In this document: in pieces, positions 26,132-39,563 of the stretch
Layout of the letters: every line of letters begins with the position of its first letter
Numbering within the stretch: position 1 is the first letter of the stretch
Origin: Mizuhopecten yessoensis
Lineage: Eukaryota
Direction of reading: 5' to 3'
Length of the DNA: 64,000 nt
Assembly: GCF_002113885.1 (NCBI RefSeq)
Contig: NW_018408922.1
Location: forward strand, 1,113,144-1,177,143
Notes under the pieces: model-generated
What the model saw: the letters and a program-made list of their open reading frames with translations, nothing else
Database searches by the model: none
What the model was told of the DNA's origin: nothing
Translations under genes and position numbers: made by a program

Positions 26132-27221
26132 TTGCTGTTTCACCCAGTGTCAGATGATCTTTAGGATATAATACAAAAACACTACAAATCAGGCGTTGCA
26201 TTCCGAAAACATCTCATTCTTCACATTATCCATCTTTGTGTTCTCATACGGTATTTAGTTATTATATACTCAATCACGATCTTATTTGGAATCATACCAT
26301 TTCCTTGTGCATTATGAATATCAACTTACCAACTTTATTTATTATTCTCATTAGCGTATTCTTTGAGGACATGACATTCTTGGATGTGACCGATGCGTCT
26401 ATATACCAGAAGATTAATATCCTTCCAGATCATCTTCTCTTCTTACTCATTTACTTTTTCATCAGTTTTTTTAAAATAAAATATCGTATTTAAGTTTTAA
26501 TTCGAATTACTTAACTTGCATCCGTATTATCTTGTTTTTTGAAAAGAGGATACGATAGAACGTATATGCCGAGGATGCAATGTCTTGACCAAAATATCAT
26601 AAACGATCTTGCCTCACACCACCAAAAGATCATTATCAAATCTACAAAAGATGATCTTTTACCTTCATTGCTTTTCATTTACCTTTATATGTACTATTAC
26701 ATAGTCTCATGTTTTAGAAACTTTTAAACAAGAATACTGTGGTTTTTCCCCCCAAATAAAATGATAACTATAAGAAAAAAACATACCACCAGAGTTTATC
26801 TTTGGACTATTATTGATGTGATTTTGTTGTCGTTAAATCAAATTTATATCAAGTTCCTTAAAATTAACACGTCGTTTTCCTGACTTTGCTTTTTACATTC
26901 TATACAGTTTAATTAATTAAAATTCTCATAAATTTTATTTCATTTCAATATTTTTCTTGAAAAATCAAAAGGAATAGTCAACAGGTAACAGAGAACCTCT
27001 TCTAGCCAGAGATATGTACACACCTTTATACACAAATACTGATTCATAATATTCATAACGATCAACGATCCACCGAAGTGTTTAACTAAAACTTTATCAA
27101 ACATCTAAGGATTCCGAGTCTTGTCCAAAAGAATCAACCCAATACCGCTTGATGAGCCTCATTGCAATATTTTGAACTTCGCCAATAGCAAATTTTAAAA
27201 GAAACACAACATTAATGTCTC

Positions 27222-28122
27222 TTATGAACTCAGGCGAAAGCCAGTAAACATTGACCGTGCAGGATATGTATATCGGATCCACTAGCATGGTCAGCTACAC
27301 GTGCCCACACCTCATCCCCGACCTCCGGGTGTGCAGCGGCTGTTGCAGATCCTGCACCTCCGTAACCCGTGCCTTGGGCAATTTCCGCGGAACCAATAAT
27401 GGCAATGATGCATATTAAATCAGAATCAATAAACTGATGCCCAGACACATATTTCAACCAAGAGAATACATGAACTCCAGACCTTGTACATGTAAATACT
27501 CCAGTGTTGGTGCTGTAGTGGGCGCCTCCAGAGTTTGTGATAAAGTGATCATAAATGACTGGTGAGTTTTGGACTGGATCGTAGATTGTGTGAGTTAGGA
27601 TAATATGGAACGCCACAACGTTGTCAGACGGACCTGTTAAGAAAGGAAATTATTAGTTGTAAAGGGCAGTCGAAAAACTATATTATTATTACATATTACA
27701 GAGCTCAACACGTAGGCAACATAATTAATCACTGACCCAAAATTTTTTTACAAGTTTGTAATTTTTAAATCACTTCATTTAAATAGAATGGTGGTTACAT
27801 GAAGAATGGAACACGAAAGAATGTTAATAAGCAACATTAAACTGCCACTACTCACTGACACGAGCAATCTTTCTGTGATGTCTCGATTGGATCCGAGTTC
27901 ACCTACACGTCTCTTCAGCTCGTTCACATCTTTGGAATACAGATGCTCCAATTCGTCCATTCGTTTGGTCAGCTTCGCAAGTTGGTCATTAGTGGAAATG
28001 GTTTGGTCAATGGAAACAGGGTGAACCATTGGGTATTGGATCATGTAGGCAGTGGTCATTATTTCACTCATTTCTAAGATCAACATGCACAACATCCATA
28101 TTACCGTTTTTGTACATCCCAT
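27222..28122 (-). pseudogene. C1q-domain-containing (signal peptide, coiled coil, gC1q) two-exon gene, apparently frameshifted
   Basis: Exon 1 (28122-27856): MGCTKTVIWMLCMLILEMS, heptads LAKLTKRMDELEHL..LKRRVGEL, GTGAGT donor. Exon 2 (from 27633): VAFH..VIYD..TNSGGAHYSTNTGVFTC..GVHVFSW..GDEVW, classic gC1q motifs. The canonical end YPARSMFTGFRLSS* (stop 27224-27222) is out of frame, and the donor (phase 0) and acceptor (phase 1) are incompatible. Confidence 0.85.
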
Positions 28123-31100
28123 GTTTGTCGTTAATGCACATATACACACTAATATTAAAATCCCCTTACTCTAGATTTTTCAATGGCTTGCACTGATAAA
28201 GGGGTCGTATTTATCTGTAAAAGAAGGGGAGTGGCATTTTCTCTATGACGTATACATTTCAAGATATGTCACTTGTCCTGGTCTCATGGAGATTAGTCAA
28301 CTTTACCGTCGAATGGATAACTAGGACAAATGGAATCAAGACATGATCAACATGATAACCTCTCTACGTAACTGCGATCTTTTTATTGGATTGAGATAGT
28401 CAATATTGCAACAATGCTCTTGGTTCCAATTTGTATGGTTAAAGGATTTTAAACATCCAACGTAATGGAGATATTATCGAATAAAGTGTACAGCTTAACA
28501 CTGGTAGAAACAGAATCACCCTAGTTCTAATTCTAGCCTTTCAATCAAAGTAAACACGTGCTTATCTTTGTGACCAACTGATATATCAGAGTTCATTCAT
28601 TGCTTTAAGGAAACCTTAACTTTCTATGTAAGTGTTGAAACATCTTAACTTATCGATAACCTTGGAAATCAGTGGGCAAGTGGAGCAATAAAGCAAATAA
28701 TGGTAGGAACACGATCAAACATATTTAGAAAAAATAATCGCAACTGACACTTTGACGTTGAAACCTAGTTTAGTAGTATGCGCATCGCAGTTCTGTTCGT
28801 TACTACGATTATTCAGATTTTTGAAGCTAGATTTTGAATCATTATTGAAAAACCAGTCTATGTTGTGTTCAGTGCTGATCACATGAATTTTACTAGCTTT
28901 CTGGAGTATTCATAGCATCTTGCTGGCTTTTATTTTCACCTCAATTTGCCCGATTTTATTATTATCATTATTTCCTAACCGTTCATAATTGACACCACTT
29001 AATTACTTAAGAATATCCATATGATTAAAACGGAATCATCACTACATGTGTGATAAGGTGTGATTTGAAGATTACAGAAACATATCTAGAAACCCAAAAA
29101 AGGCATTGACTATTTTGATTTTTGATTTTGATGCAAAAAGCCAAATAAAGTAAGAATTTAAAATGAATTTTTATATTATTATGGAGCCATATGGTAGTGA
29201 TGCCAAATTAAATACCTCGACACAGGTTCAAAGCTTGGGTGGTCATTAACAATAATATGCTGGTTCTGTAAACGTAAGAAAGAAAAAATGATATAGATTC
29301 CTGTTAAAAGTTATATATATTTCATATATCAGATACACATATGTTACATACTCTTTAAAACACAGGAAAAATTATAAAACATTGCATAGTTTTTATATAA
29401 TATCAACATTTCAGTGTTCATCTTTTCTATAAAAAATACATCGTTAATTTCACAGCAATGACATAACCGTTGCCTTATTAAAAAAGACCAACACAATCTT
29501 CCTGTCTGTAAGTGATCATTTGCAATACAGCTGATTGTAATTACCAGACGTTTCCTCGTTGTTCACATCGACACTTGAATATTTCATCTTGCATGTTTGT
29601 TTTCAGTCTAATGTGCTGATTTTAATGTGTTGTTCCGGGTAAGAGATAGAAAAATGAAACAGGCTAACGTATTCTCCTTGAGAAATAAATGTGTTCGTTT
29701 ACATTAGATTACGTTGTTTTAACTGCCTTGATTTGTGTATTATCTGTAATTTGGAATATAATAGATGCCTTGTCGACTCGTAAGGTATTGCTACCTTTAA
29801 TCTACAGTCATATCAGAGTTATTTCCGTTTTACTTTGTCAATGGAAATGATAGGTTCACTAGACTGGTTAGTTGGGTTTTGACGCGATGCCTTACGGTCG
29901 TATGTATGGGCAATAATTATTAATCTAACAATATTTAAGATAAGTATACGTAGGCCAAAAAACAATCTCCTTGACTCATGTGTCCCGAGTTAAAGAATTC
30001 TGTGCACTATATATGTCACATATGCTTTTGTCACCTTCACATTTGTTATTTTTATCTACGTTATGACAATAACATTTGCCTTAATACCAAACTACAATAT
30101 GATGTAAGCGTTATTCATTTATTTCACAACAGCTTTAACCGCCCCTCCAGTGTTTAGATTACATGTCGTAGACAACGCATTAATTCAGCATTTGTTTAAC
30201 AAGGAAAACACTCCGTAACGTTTTATCCTGTTGCCGGATAAATAAAGTAGCCATTGTTGTCTTATCAGAGAGACTTCAATTCACGCTGACTGAAGAAATA
30301 TTACGTTCTTCATCATTAGCTGCTTCCAAACTTATCTCACATCATCACAGATAAGTTACTCTGACTCAGACAGTTATAGATACGCCATCTAGACTGGATT
30401 TGACACAAGAGCATATAACGGGTAAACATCGGGTTCAGATTTGTGCAAAACTTGATGTGCTCTAATCTTCGGTATTCATCTCACTAAACGCTTCTTTATT
30501 ATTGGTTATCTATTTTATAGAATAACATATAATCTCCAAAACAATCCTGGTGACTCCGTATTTTCCCCATATGTATAGGCACTTTCATTTTATAGAACAA
30601 AATACTATATTACTTTTTTCCTGGAAAAAAAAGGTGTACAATACCATGAACTTTTTAATAAATTCAATCGTGAAAAACAAGGGCGTACTGTTAAAATACT
30701 GTTTTCACAGTTGGAACGCTTTAGAAATTTCAGTCGTTCACCTACTTTTTTAAAGTCATGCAAAACCTTTCCAACTTAAATATGCAATCAACCCCACTTA
30801 TGCATATTTTTTTTAAGTATTGAGATCATAAACTGAATGTTTTGCAAAAGATAAACCTCAGACACCAGGGCAGTTTGCTTATGACCTCTATACAGCTAAC
30901 TGTGTTGATAGTGCTGCTTGAATTTGAAGATATATCCTTGTGATAATGTGTTTCACTAGAATTTAATTAAGTCAACTTTTTACAAATGAGATACGCATTC
31001 TATTCTGATGCATGCATAATTTCATTACTTGGACGTTGAGTTATAGTTTGAATTGACTTTGTTTGGAAATTCACAGCTTGCCTGGACATTACTACAACTA

Positions 31101-31649
31101 TTTTAGATATGAGCATATATTCTTCAAATCCAGCAATAGATTTGGATTCCAAAGTGTATTCAATTAAATCAGACGTTTGTTTTCACTGTTACCCTGCTGT
31201 TGTAAATGTGTTAAGAGATTGCGTCAATGAGTTGTTATAATGACTGCCTTATCCTTTGTCTAAATGTCTATACTAAGTAAGGAGGGACGTCAGTGAATTT
31301 GAAAATTTGATTCTTGACCTAAGTAGAAATTATATACTTTTTTTTATAGAATATCAGAAATAGCATATTAAGCATTTATTTTAAATATTTTTCAGGTATA
31401 ATTAATCACTAAAATTCAGATTTTCAATATATCAATATTGTTTAATAATCAAATGTATAAGAACAATCGATTACACTTTAAGATAATCACTTTTTTGACT
31501 AAAACATATTTTGCAATATTTTGTCGTTGGTTCATTATATGAAAAATACATATTCAGTTTTTAATTATCACAAGTGCAACTCAATTAACGGTGACAATCA
31601 AGGCAGTATGATGAAAAGATTCATGTAGCACAACCAAAAAGTGTTTCTA

Positions 31650-31701
31650 TGTGACATATCGATGATTAGTACGATATGTACTCTGTCACCTTCATCAGAC
31701 A
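31650..31701 (-). ncRNA. Degenerate minimal hammerhead ribozyme motif (Penelope-type)
   Basis: Minus strand reads TGT-CTGATGA-A-GGTGAC-(long loop)-ATCATC-GATAT-GTC-ACA. GAAA is mutated. Homologous to 44771-44810. Confidence 0.45.
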
Positions 31702-32354
31702 AATTATGAAAATGTGAAGGGTCAATTGTTGATTCTGTACCTTCACCACTTATTAGAGCACATCCAATGATAGCCTTGTTACATTTCTAAGTAGGATAGA
31801 ATAGTCAGGATGTACATTTACAAATTTTCACAAAAACGATACGCTTACTCAAGCCTTGTGCAATGGCGCCTGATTTATGCTGTTTCGTCTCCTCGTTATT
31901 TCACGTTAAAAGGAAACGCAAGAACAATAAATACTGTTGTCTCGCTGCGAAGGAACGATACTTAGTGCCTCTTTTCACCCTCTGAAACATGAATGTGACG
32001 AGGCGAAATTTGTTTGTTCCTTCGCGATCGTTAAACGCGAAAAAACCAAAGAGACGAAATGACACAATAAGCCACCATTTTGTACAGATAAACACTTGGG
32101 AGTTTGTACCGTAGCAGACGCCTTCGATGTTGGTGTTAGGTCGGACGGTTCTGATGAGGTGGATTGATGCTGAACTAGTATGTATAGAACAGCACGCTGT
32201 CATCAGACGGATCTAAACAATTAGTGAACAAAGTTGTAGAACAGGTATAATTTCAGGGGGAATTATTTTTAAATGGCCACAATGAGCCCTTTTGAGTAAT
32301 GACATGGTTCATAGTATACACACTATAAAATATTCATATCTTATTTTGAAACTC

Positions 32355-32880
32355 ATAAATTAAGGAGTTTAACGCACCGTTTCAACAGTAGTTTAAACTT
32401 ACTCGATTTCCAATTTATTTTTTGGCCTTAAGCATCACCGATGAGTCCTAGAAGGACAAAACAGCTGTATGATGCAGTGTAATTCATTTTGAAATATACT
32501 GTATCTATTACCAAATGTTTAAGGTGCAACGGCTGTGTGTGTGTTACGATCATCTTAGAAGATACAAGGTACACGTCCATGTAGTAGACTCTGCTGGTGG
32601 ATACCACAGTGATCTCGTTTTTTAGTAGTGGCGTGGTTCATAATTTTCACATTATACAAATTGTTTTATTTTAAATTAACCAGCACACCTTTAAAATTTC
32701 AAAATTATAAAGTAACGGGTTTTACGCCTCTCCTGTTTCAACAGTGGTTTAGGCCTATTTGTAATTCCAACATTTTGGCCCCTAGCATTATCGATGTGCT
32801 CTAGAAGGACAAACTGCTGTAGGATACAGTGTCATTTATCCTCAGCATACTGTATTTAATACCTAATACCTATGTTTGTG
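32355..32880 (+). mobile_element. Decayed tandem of ~353-bp units, each with a type I hammerhead-like motif (non-LTR retrozyme remnant)
   Basis: Homologous blocks start at ~32360 and ~32713. Hammerhead scaffolds at 32432 and 32785 are 353 nt apart. Confidence 0.65.
32432..32475 (+). ncRNA. Type I hammerhead ribozyme scaffold with two core mutations
   Basis: Stem I GCATCA/TGATGC; core CCGATGA (canonical CTGATGA); stem II GTCCT-AGA-AGGAC; AAAA (canonical GAAA); stem III AC-AGCT-GT; GTA cleavage triplet. Confidence 0.7.
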
Positions 32881-33842
32881 TTATAGTCATCTTTCACGAG
32901 TTAAGTCAATTAGACATCCGATTCGAGTTCAAACATAAAAGTTCAGTAAGAATTTTTCTTGATACTAATGTCAAAGGGGTATTCATCTGATCGCCACCAG
33001 TATGCATTCTAAACGAATTCCATGACTGAAACTACATGAATGAAGAGTTCTATTGAATTATTTATACCCCTTTTCTAGAGACATTTAAAAAAACATGTAT
33101 ATGATCTGCACTAAATAATTTGGTGCATCCTATAACCCAACCTCAGCAGGCAGAGGGTTGAGGAAAACACTCCATGTAAGAGGCTACTAATGTGGAACGC
33201 CCTTACAGACTGGGAAATGTGCATTTGTGCCTTCTACTTGGGGACGAATAAGTGACCAAAAGCAAAGCTGCTGCTATTTAACAAAATATGGTTTCTTTGT
33301 TTTACAAACCATTAAATTATTGCGCTGAATTCCCAATTGAATAAAATTATCTCAACAATTTATCCTAAATTTACAGTATTTCTTGCGAACAAGTGATGAC
33401 ACTTAGGAGAAAGAAAAACAAGAAACTATATAATTGTCAAGTACTAATATGTTGTACATGTATTGATTACTTATAAAATGAACAACCCAAACATTAAGAG
33501 CAGGACCAGGTTTGGGTCGGACATTGGTCATCATCGGTATGGCATAAACGTTTACCGTGTTGTGGTTTCATTATAAATATTTGTGTTTGTTTGTTCGAGT
33601 GGTTTACGTCAGCTTCACAGCAGACGAATATAATATTTTGAGTTGGAAGGGTTTATAAAGAGACTATGCCCTATAATTGTCATAAACCGAGCTCCATACG
33701 ATCATAATCAGCTCAGCTCCATAGACAAACAATGACGTAAGTAAGTGGACAGGTCAGAATGGCTACCAAGGGAGGTTTTGGATTCTCTTTCTTTCATATT
33801 AAAGACAAACGAAGGGGAATAGTTTATCGTTTATCCGTTTAT

Positions 33843-36611
33843 CCCAAATTTAACAAAATCCTGTCATTCGTAAAGAAGATGAAAGATTTTGAAGAATATG
33901 ATATTTTTCCGCTATTGGGCCCCGCCATTCCAGGCCTCAGGGGATCCACACCCACCATTTATACAAAATTGATTTCCCTTCCAAATATGATGCTACTGTT
34001 CAAATTTGGTCAAAATACCTTCATCCTCACGAAAGGAGAAAAAAAAAACCAAGCTATTCCTCTATATCACTTAATGGGACCCCGCCTCTGTGCCCCCAGG
34101 GGGGTCAGACCCACCGTTTATATAAAATTGCTTCCCCTTCACCCAAAGATGCTTCATACAAAATTTGGACAAATCCTGTCATTCCTCCAGAAGAAAAAGG
34201 ATTTTGAAGAATTTGCTGTTTCCCCTATTTGGCCCCGCTCCTCAGCGCCCAGGGGGGCCACACTCACTGTTTATATAAAATTTAGTCCCTTTTGTCCAAG
34301 GATGCTCCAGACGAAATTGGGATGAAATACCTTAATCCCTATGGTAGAAGAAAGATTTTAAAGGTTTTAACTCTATTTCCCCTATTGGGCCCCGCCCCTC
34401 TGCCCAAAGGAGGGCCATACCCACCATTTATACAAAATTAAGTCCCCTTGGCCCAAGGATGCTCCAGACTAAACTAGGATAAAATCCCTTAATCCCTACG
34501 GTAGGATAAGGATTTTGAAGGTTTTACCTCTATTTCCAATATTCGGCCCCGCCCCTCTGCCCCAAGGGACCACTATTTATACAAAATTGATTTCCCTTCC
34601 AAATATGATGCTAATTCTCAAATTTGGTCAAAATACGTTAATACCAACGGAAGAAGAAGGAAATTAAAGCTATTCCTCTATATCACTTATTGGGCACCGC
34701 CTCTCTTCCCCCAAGGGGGTCAGACCCACCGTTTATACAAAATTGCTTCCCCTTCACCAAAGGATGCTTCATACCAAATTTGGACAATATCTTGTCATTC
34801 CAACAGAAGATGAAGGATTTTGAAGAATTTGCCATGTTTCCCCTATTTGGCCCCGCTCCTCAGCCCCCAGGGGGACACACTAACTGTTTATACAAAATTG
34901 AGTCTGATTTGCCAAAGGATACTCCAGACCGAATTGGGATGAAATCCCTATGGTAGAAGAAGGATTTAAAAGGTTTTAACTCTATTTCCCCTATTGGGCC
35001 CCGCCCTTCTGCCCCGGGGAGGGCCACATCCACCATTAATACAAAATTTAGTCCCCTTGGCCAAAGGATGCTTTAGACTAAATAAGGATAAAATCCCTTA
35101 ATCCCTACGATAAAAGAAGGATTTTTAAAGGTTTTATCTCTATTTCCCCTATTGGGCCCCGCCTCTCTGCCCCAAGGAGGGACACACCCTCCATTTATAC
35201 AAAATTGAGTCCCCTTGACGCAAGGATGCTCCAGACCAAATTGGAATCAAATCCCTTAATCCCTACGATAAAAGAAGGATTTTTGAAGGTTTTACCTCTA
35301 TTTCCCCTTTTGGGCCCGCCCCTCTGCCCTTAGGGGGCCACACCCCCATTTATACAAAATTGAGTCCCCTTGAACAAGGATGCTCGAGACCAAATTGGGA
35401 TGAAATACCTTAATCCCTATGATAGAAGAAGGATTTTAAAGGTTTTACCTCTATTTCCCCTATTGGGCCCCGCCCTTCTGTCCTCAGGGGAGCCACACCC
35501 AACCTTTATACAAAATTGAGTCCCCTTGGCCTAAGGACGCTCCAGACTAAATAAGGATAAAATCCTTTAATCCCGACGGTAGTAGGACTTTTAAGGTTTT
35601 ACCTCTATTTCCCCTATATGGACTCGCCCCTGTGCCCCCAGGGGGGGGGCACACCTAACCTTTATACAAAATTGAGTCCCCTTGACCCAAGGATGCTCCA
35701 GATTAAATTATGATAAAATCCCTTAATCCTCAAGGTAGGAGAATGATTTTGAAGGTTTTACCTCTATTACCCCTGTTCAGCCCCGCCCCTCTGCCCCAAG
35801 GGAGGCTACACCCACCATTTATACAAAATTGATTTCCCTTCCAAATATGATGCTACTGTTCAAACTTGGTCAAAATACCTTCATCCCAACGGAAAAAAGG
35901 AAATTAAAGCTATTCCTCTATATCCCTTATTGGGCACCGTCTTTCTGCCCAAAAGAGGGTCAGACCCACCGTTTATACAAAATTGCTTCCCCTTCACCCA
36001 AGGATGCTTCATACCAAATTTGGACAAAATCCTGTCATTCCTACAGAAGAAGAAAGATTTTGAAGAATTTGCTATGTTTCCCTCTTAGGCCCCGCTTCTC
36101 AGCCCCCAGAGAGGCCACACTCACTGTTTATACAAAATTGAGTCCCTTTTGCCCAAGGATGTTCCAGACCAAATTGGGATGAAATGCCTTAATCCCTATG
36201 GTAGAAGAAGGATTTTAAAGGTTTTACCTCTATTCCCCTATTGGGTCCCGCCCCTCTGCCCTCAGGGGGGCCAAACCCAACCTTTATACAAAATTGAGTC
36301 CCCTTGGCCTAAGGACGCTCCAGACTAAATAAGGATAAAATCCTTTAATATACGGTAGAAGGATTTTAGAGGTTTTACCTCTATTTCCCCTATTGGGCCT
36401 CTTCCCTGTGCCCCAAGGGGGGCCACACCAATCATTTATACAAAATTGAGTCCCCATGACCTGAGGATGCTCCGGACCAAATTTAGTCAAATTCTACTTG
36501 GCCGTCCAGGACTAGTAGCGTTTTAAAGGAAAAATTGACAGACGGACGGACGACGGACGCTGCGATATGGCATAAGCTCACCATGGTCCTTCGGACCAGG
36601 TGAGCTAAAAA
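33843..36611 (-). mobile_element. HINE/Helentron-type non-autonomous element carrying ~17 internal ~155-bp satellite units
   Basis: Minus-strand 5' end TTTTTAGCTCACCTGGTCCGAAGGACCATGGTGAGCT (subterminal hairpin) followed by a (GTCC)n-like microsatellite at 36535-36560, then a ~155-bp tandem array (CCAAGGATGCTCCAGAC, GGCCCCGCCC). No 3' box was seen at the left end. Confidence 0.85.
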
Positions 36612-37708
36612 CTAAATACTAACGTAACTGACAACAACGAAACAGTCTTATACTTTTGTCTTGTTTCTATTAGTTTACGATACATTTTAAACAAATAGGT
36701 ATACCAAAGTGTGGAACAGTCATTTTGTTTTTCATGAGCAATGTCGTGTTTTCTGTGGTTAACATTTTCGTCTGACAAACAAACAAACAACTCAAATAAG
36801 AATTCTTCGAAGAATTTCCATCAAGGTTTTAATTTGATGTCATGAAACGTGGTCCCGATTACATTACATTTCGTGTGGCGGACATACCTGAACAAGTTTC
36901 CGATTGGAATGCATTCACAAGTAATATATGCCTCAGTGTTATGAATTCACAGCTACATTTACAGTTGAGAATTCAGACACTGTACACTGAAACGTAAATA
37001 TTTGTTATTGATGCACGTGACACTACTGAATGTTACGACTGTAAACATTTCATTTGAATACAATAATATAACTATTTGAATGCGAACACTATACTTCTGA
37101 TTGCAAATGACTTGTTTTTCAAGGCAAACGTTATGATTTGAATGAAAATGTAAATATTAAACAGTGCAACTCTTGACATATTGCATATGAATCTACACCC
37201 CCCACCCACCCACCCCCGGGACATAATCTGACCTGTATGGGAGGGAACAGTTTCCTATACTAAATATATTATAAACGGCGGGTGTAAAGCAATATATTTT
37301 GATCATAGAGTCAGGCAAACGTGTTTCGCAACACCAGAGCCAGAAGCAGAGATTCACATGATCTATTGTTAGTTTAGAAGAACTAAAATGTCACAAGTGC
37401 TGGTATCAAATGTCAAATTTGAAAAGGAAAAACACAAAACTCATCGAAAAACAATTGCCTTCCTTGATGTAGGTATTTTATTAAATAATCTATTAAAAGA
37501 GATCCGAGTACAAAATAAATAAAAGATGTAAATTAATTGACATTGTCATTGGTATTGGTTTTACCTATGAATCACAATATTATGAACTGATTCCAAAAGT
37601 CAGAACAGTAATCGTACATACACATAGAAAATTGCAATGAATGATATTCGAACTCTAATGGGATGTTAAAATGTCACAACCTTAAGTTGTCGACCGTTAC
37701 ATGTATAC

Positions 37709-39358
37709 TCAATTTTTGGAGTACCATTGACATGGGTGTTGATTGGATGTCGTAAAACAACGCCGCTCTCCGAAACGACATGTTCCTTCGGCGTGATTGA
37801 AATGTCCACTGTAGTAGTTGGCGGTTGGTTTATTTTCAAAACTGCCTGTGATGTTGCAACTGTCGAACGCAACTAAACCGTCGTTTGGGAGTGGCAAGTG
37901 TGTGTACGCGGACACAAGGTGTAAGCGGGCACTCATAGAAAGAGACAGACCCATTCCGAAAGCGCTATTACCGCACACAGCCCCAGAAATATAACGTCGG
38001 GCCGTCCTTATAAGGTCTTTATAAGACACACCAGTCGGTGAAACGTACGAGGTGTTCATCGACATGTAGGCCTGTGCCGGGCGACTTTTGTTTACGTCAC
38101 AATAATGTAGTTCCTTCAGCACAATGTAGGTTATTTTTGTTTCTAGGTTCTTTTTTGAGCAAAGGGAATAAAGTTCTTTTGAGACCTTACTCCCTCTCCA
38201 AGGCGCTTGTATAGAGTACCATTCACTAGTGCTATGGTCGAACTTACAAAAGCGTCTGTGGAAAGCCGCAGCAACTACCAGATTCCCCATAGAGTGTGTA
38301 AATACCATACTATGCGAAATAGGCCGACTCGAATTACCGATTGCAAATTCACAGAACATCTTATGTGATTCTGTATCGTCCCAGCCACGGTTAATACTGT
38401 TGTACCACATGAAGCGTCGTGTAAGGCACTGTGGAGTGTATCGTTCAATGTGCCCCCAGTAGTGCAGTAGTTCTGGCATGTCCATGTATCTGTCTGTTTC
38501 CGGGTGCTCACCTGCACCGTGAACGAACAAACAATGTTTCTTTGGTTTTCGTTTTAGGAGTGACTTTCCTGATTTTGTAGTAAAACTGTCTGCTAACGAC
38601 ATAGCGTCTTCCAAAAGTGATATATTTGGGTACACAGCATTGCACTTTTCTAACTGTTGAGGTAGTTTAATTACATTAAATGGACGTGCATTCCATTCCG
38701 TCACCGTGGCGCGTGTTCCAGCGTGGTCAATGTACACCAATCGCGAGTCTTGGATACAGAAGAAGATCGTTTGACCTGCTATCCTTGTATACAATTCGTT
38801 TCCGGTACAACTCTGATCATTTCCGCGACTTCCGGTGTATGACTTAGCCTGTTTCTGCAGAATGATTTGAAACACTGTGAGCCATTCAACCGACTCTGTG
38901 TCATTTTGACAAAACCATTGCTCTTCCTTTTCATACATGACGCCTAACACTGCTGAATTGTTGGCATAAATGAACCTGGTAATGGTTTTGTTCCCATGTT
39001 AAAGTGAATGTGATTCACTTGTTCGAGTTTCTTGATATGTAACAGAACGCGTATCGGAGTTCCAGTCAACATCAATCGATATGTTTGTATCTTCGGCTTC
39101 CTCCTGTTTATTTTTCGATAGCTTTAATTTTGCTTTGAAGGAATGTGAAAATATGTGCTGCAAAGTTGTATTTGTTGTGGCGCGTGTGTCAGTAACGTAT
39201 AAGTGGGCAAAATGGAGACAGACGAGTATACCCACTGCGGCGACTCCAAGACAGAGGACGGCCAAAGCCAGTTTACAGTACGGTCGTCTGGAGGGACGTC
39301 TTATCTGCGTTTGTAGAAGCCCAATTCTTTCCGGGTCCGCCATTTTGATATTCTTCAT
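37709..39358 (-). pseudogene. Paralog C: full-length (~549 codons) TM/beta-domain/alpha-beta-hydrolase gene interrupted by one in-frame TAA at 39001-38999
   Basis: ORFs 38999-39358 and 37709-38950 share a frame: ...SESHSL*HGNKTITRFIYANNSAVLGVMYEK. TM LALAVLCLGVAAVGILVCLHFA; CLFVHGAG, YWG, FTHSMGN (Ser 38293-38291), APWRGS, GAVCG, NDGLV, FNH, PCQWY. Polypyrimidine acceptor ttttcttttcaag ends at 39384. Confidence 0.9.
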
Positions 39359-39563
39359 GGCAAAGCGTCTTGATCCAATTTACCTTGAAAAGAAAAGAAA
39401 AAGTTTAGACAATAGAACTCACCTTCCCGCGTACGACATATACACCTGGGTTTTATTAAGAACAGTTTCTTATTTAAGTAATGAAGATCATCTCCAATGG
39501 AAGTATAACGTAACGTACATGTACCTGAACTTACGGAAATTAAAAAAACCCACAGATACATAT

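Noticed and set aside
32150-32180. CTGATGAG as another hammerhead core
   Set aside because: No pairing stem II followed by GAAA.
31860-32230. GC-richer segment with a 100-aa minus ORF
   Set aside because: No recognisable motif, and the plus-strand frames contain stops.
33759-36490. ORFs of 188, 88, 117 and 68 aa
   Set aside because: They are translations of the ~155-bp satellite units with no protein motifs.
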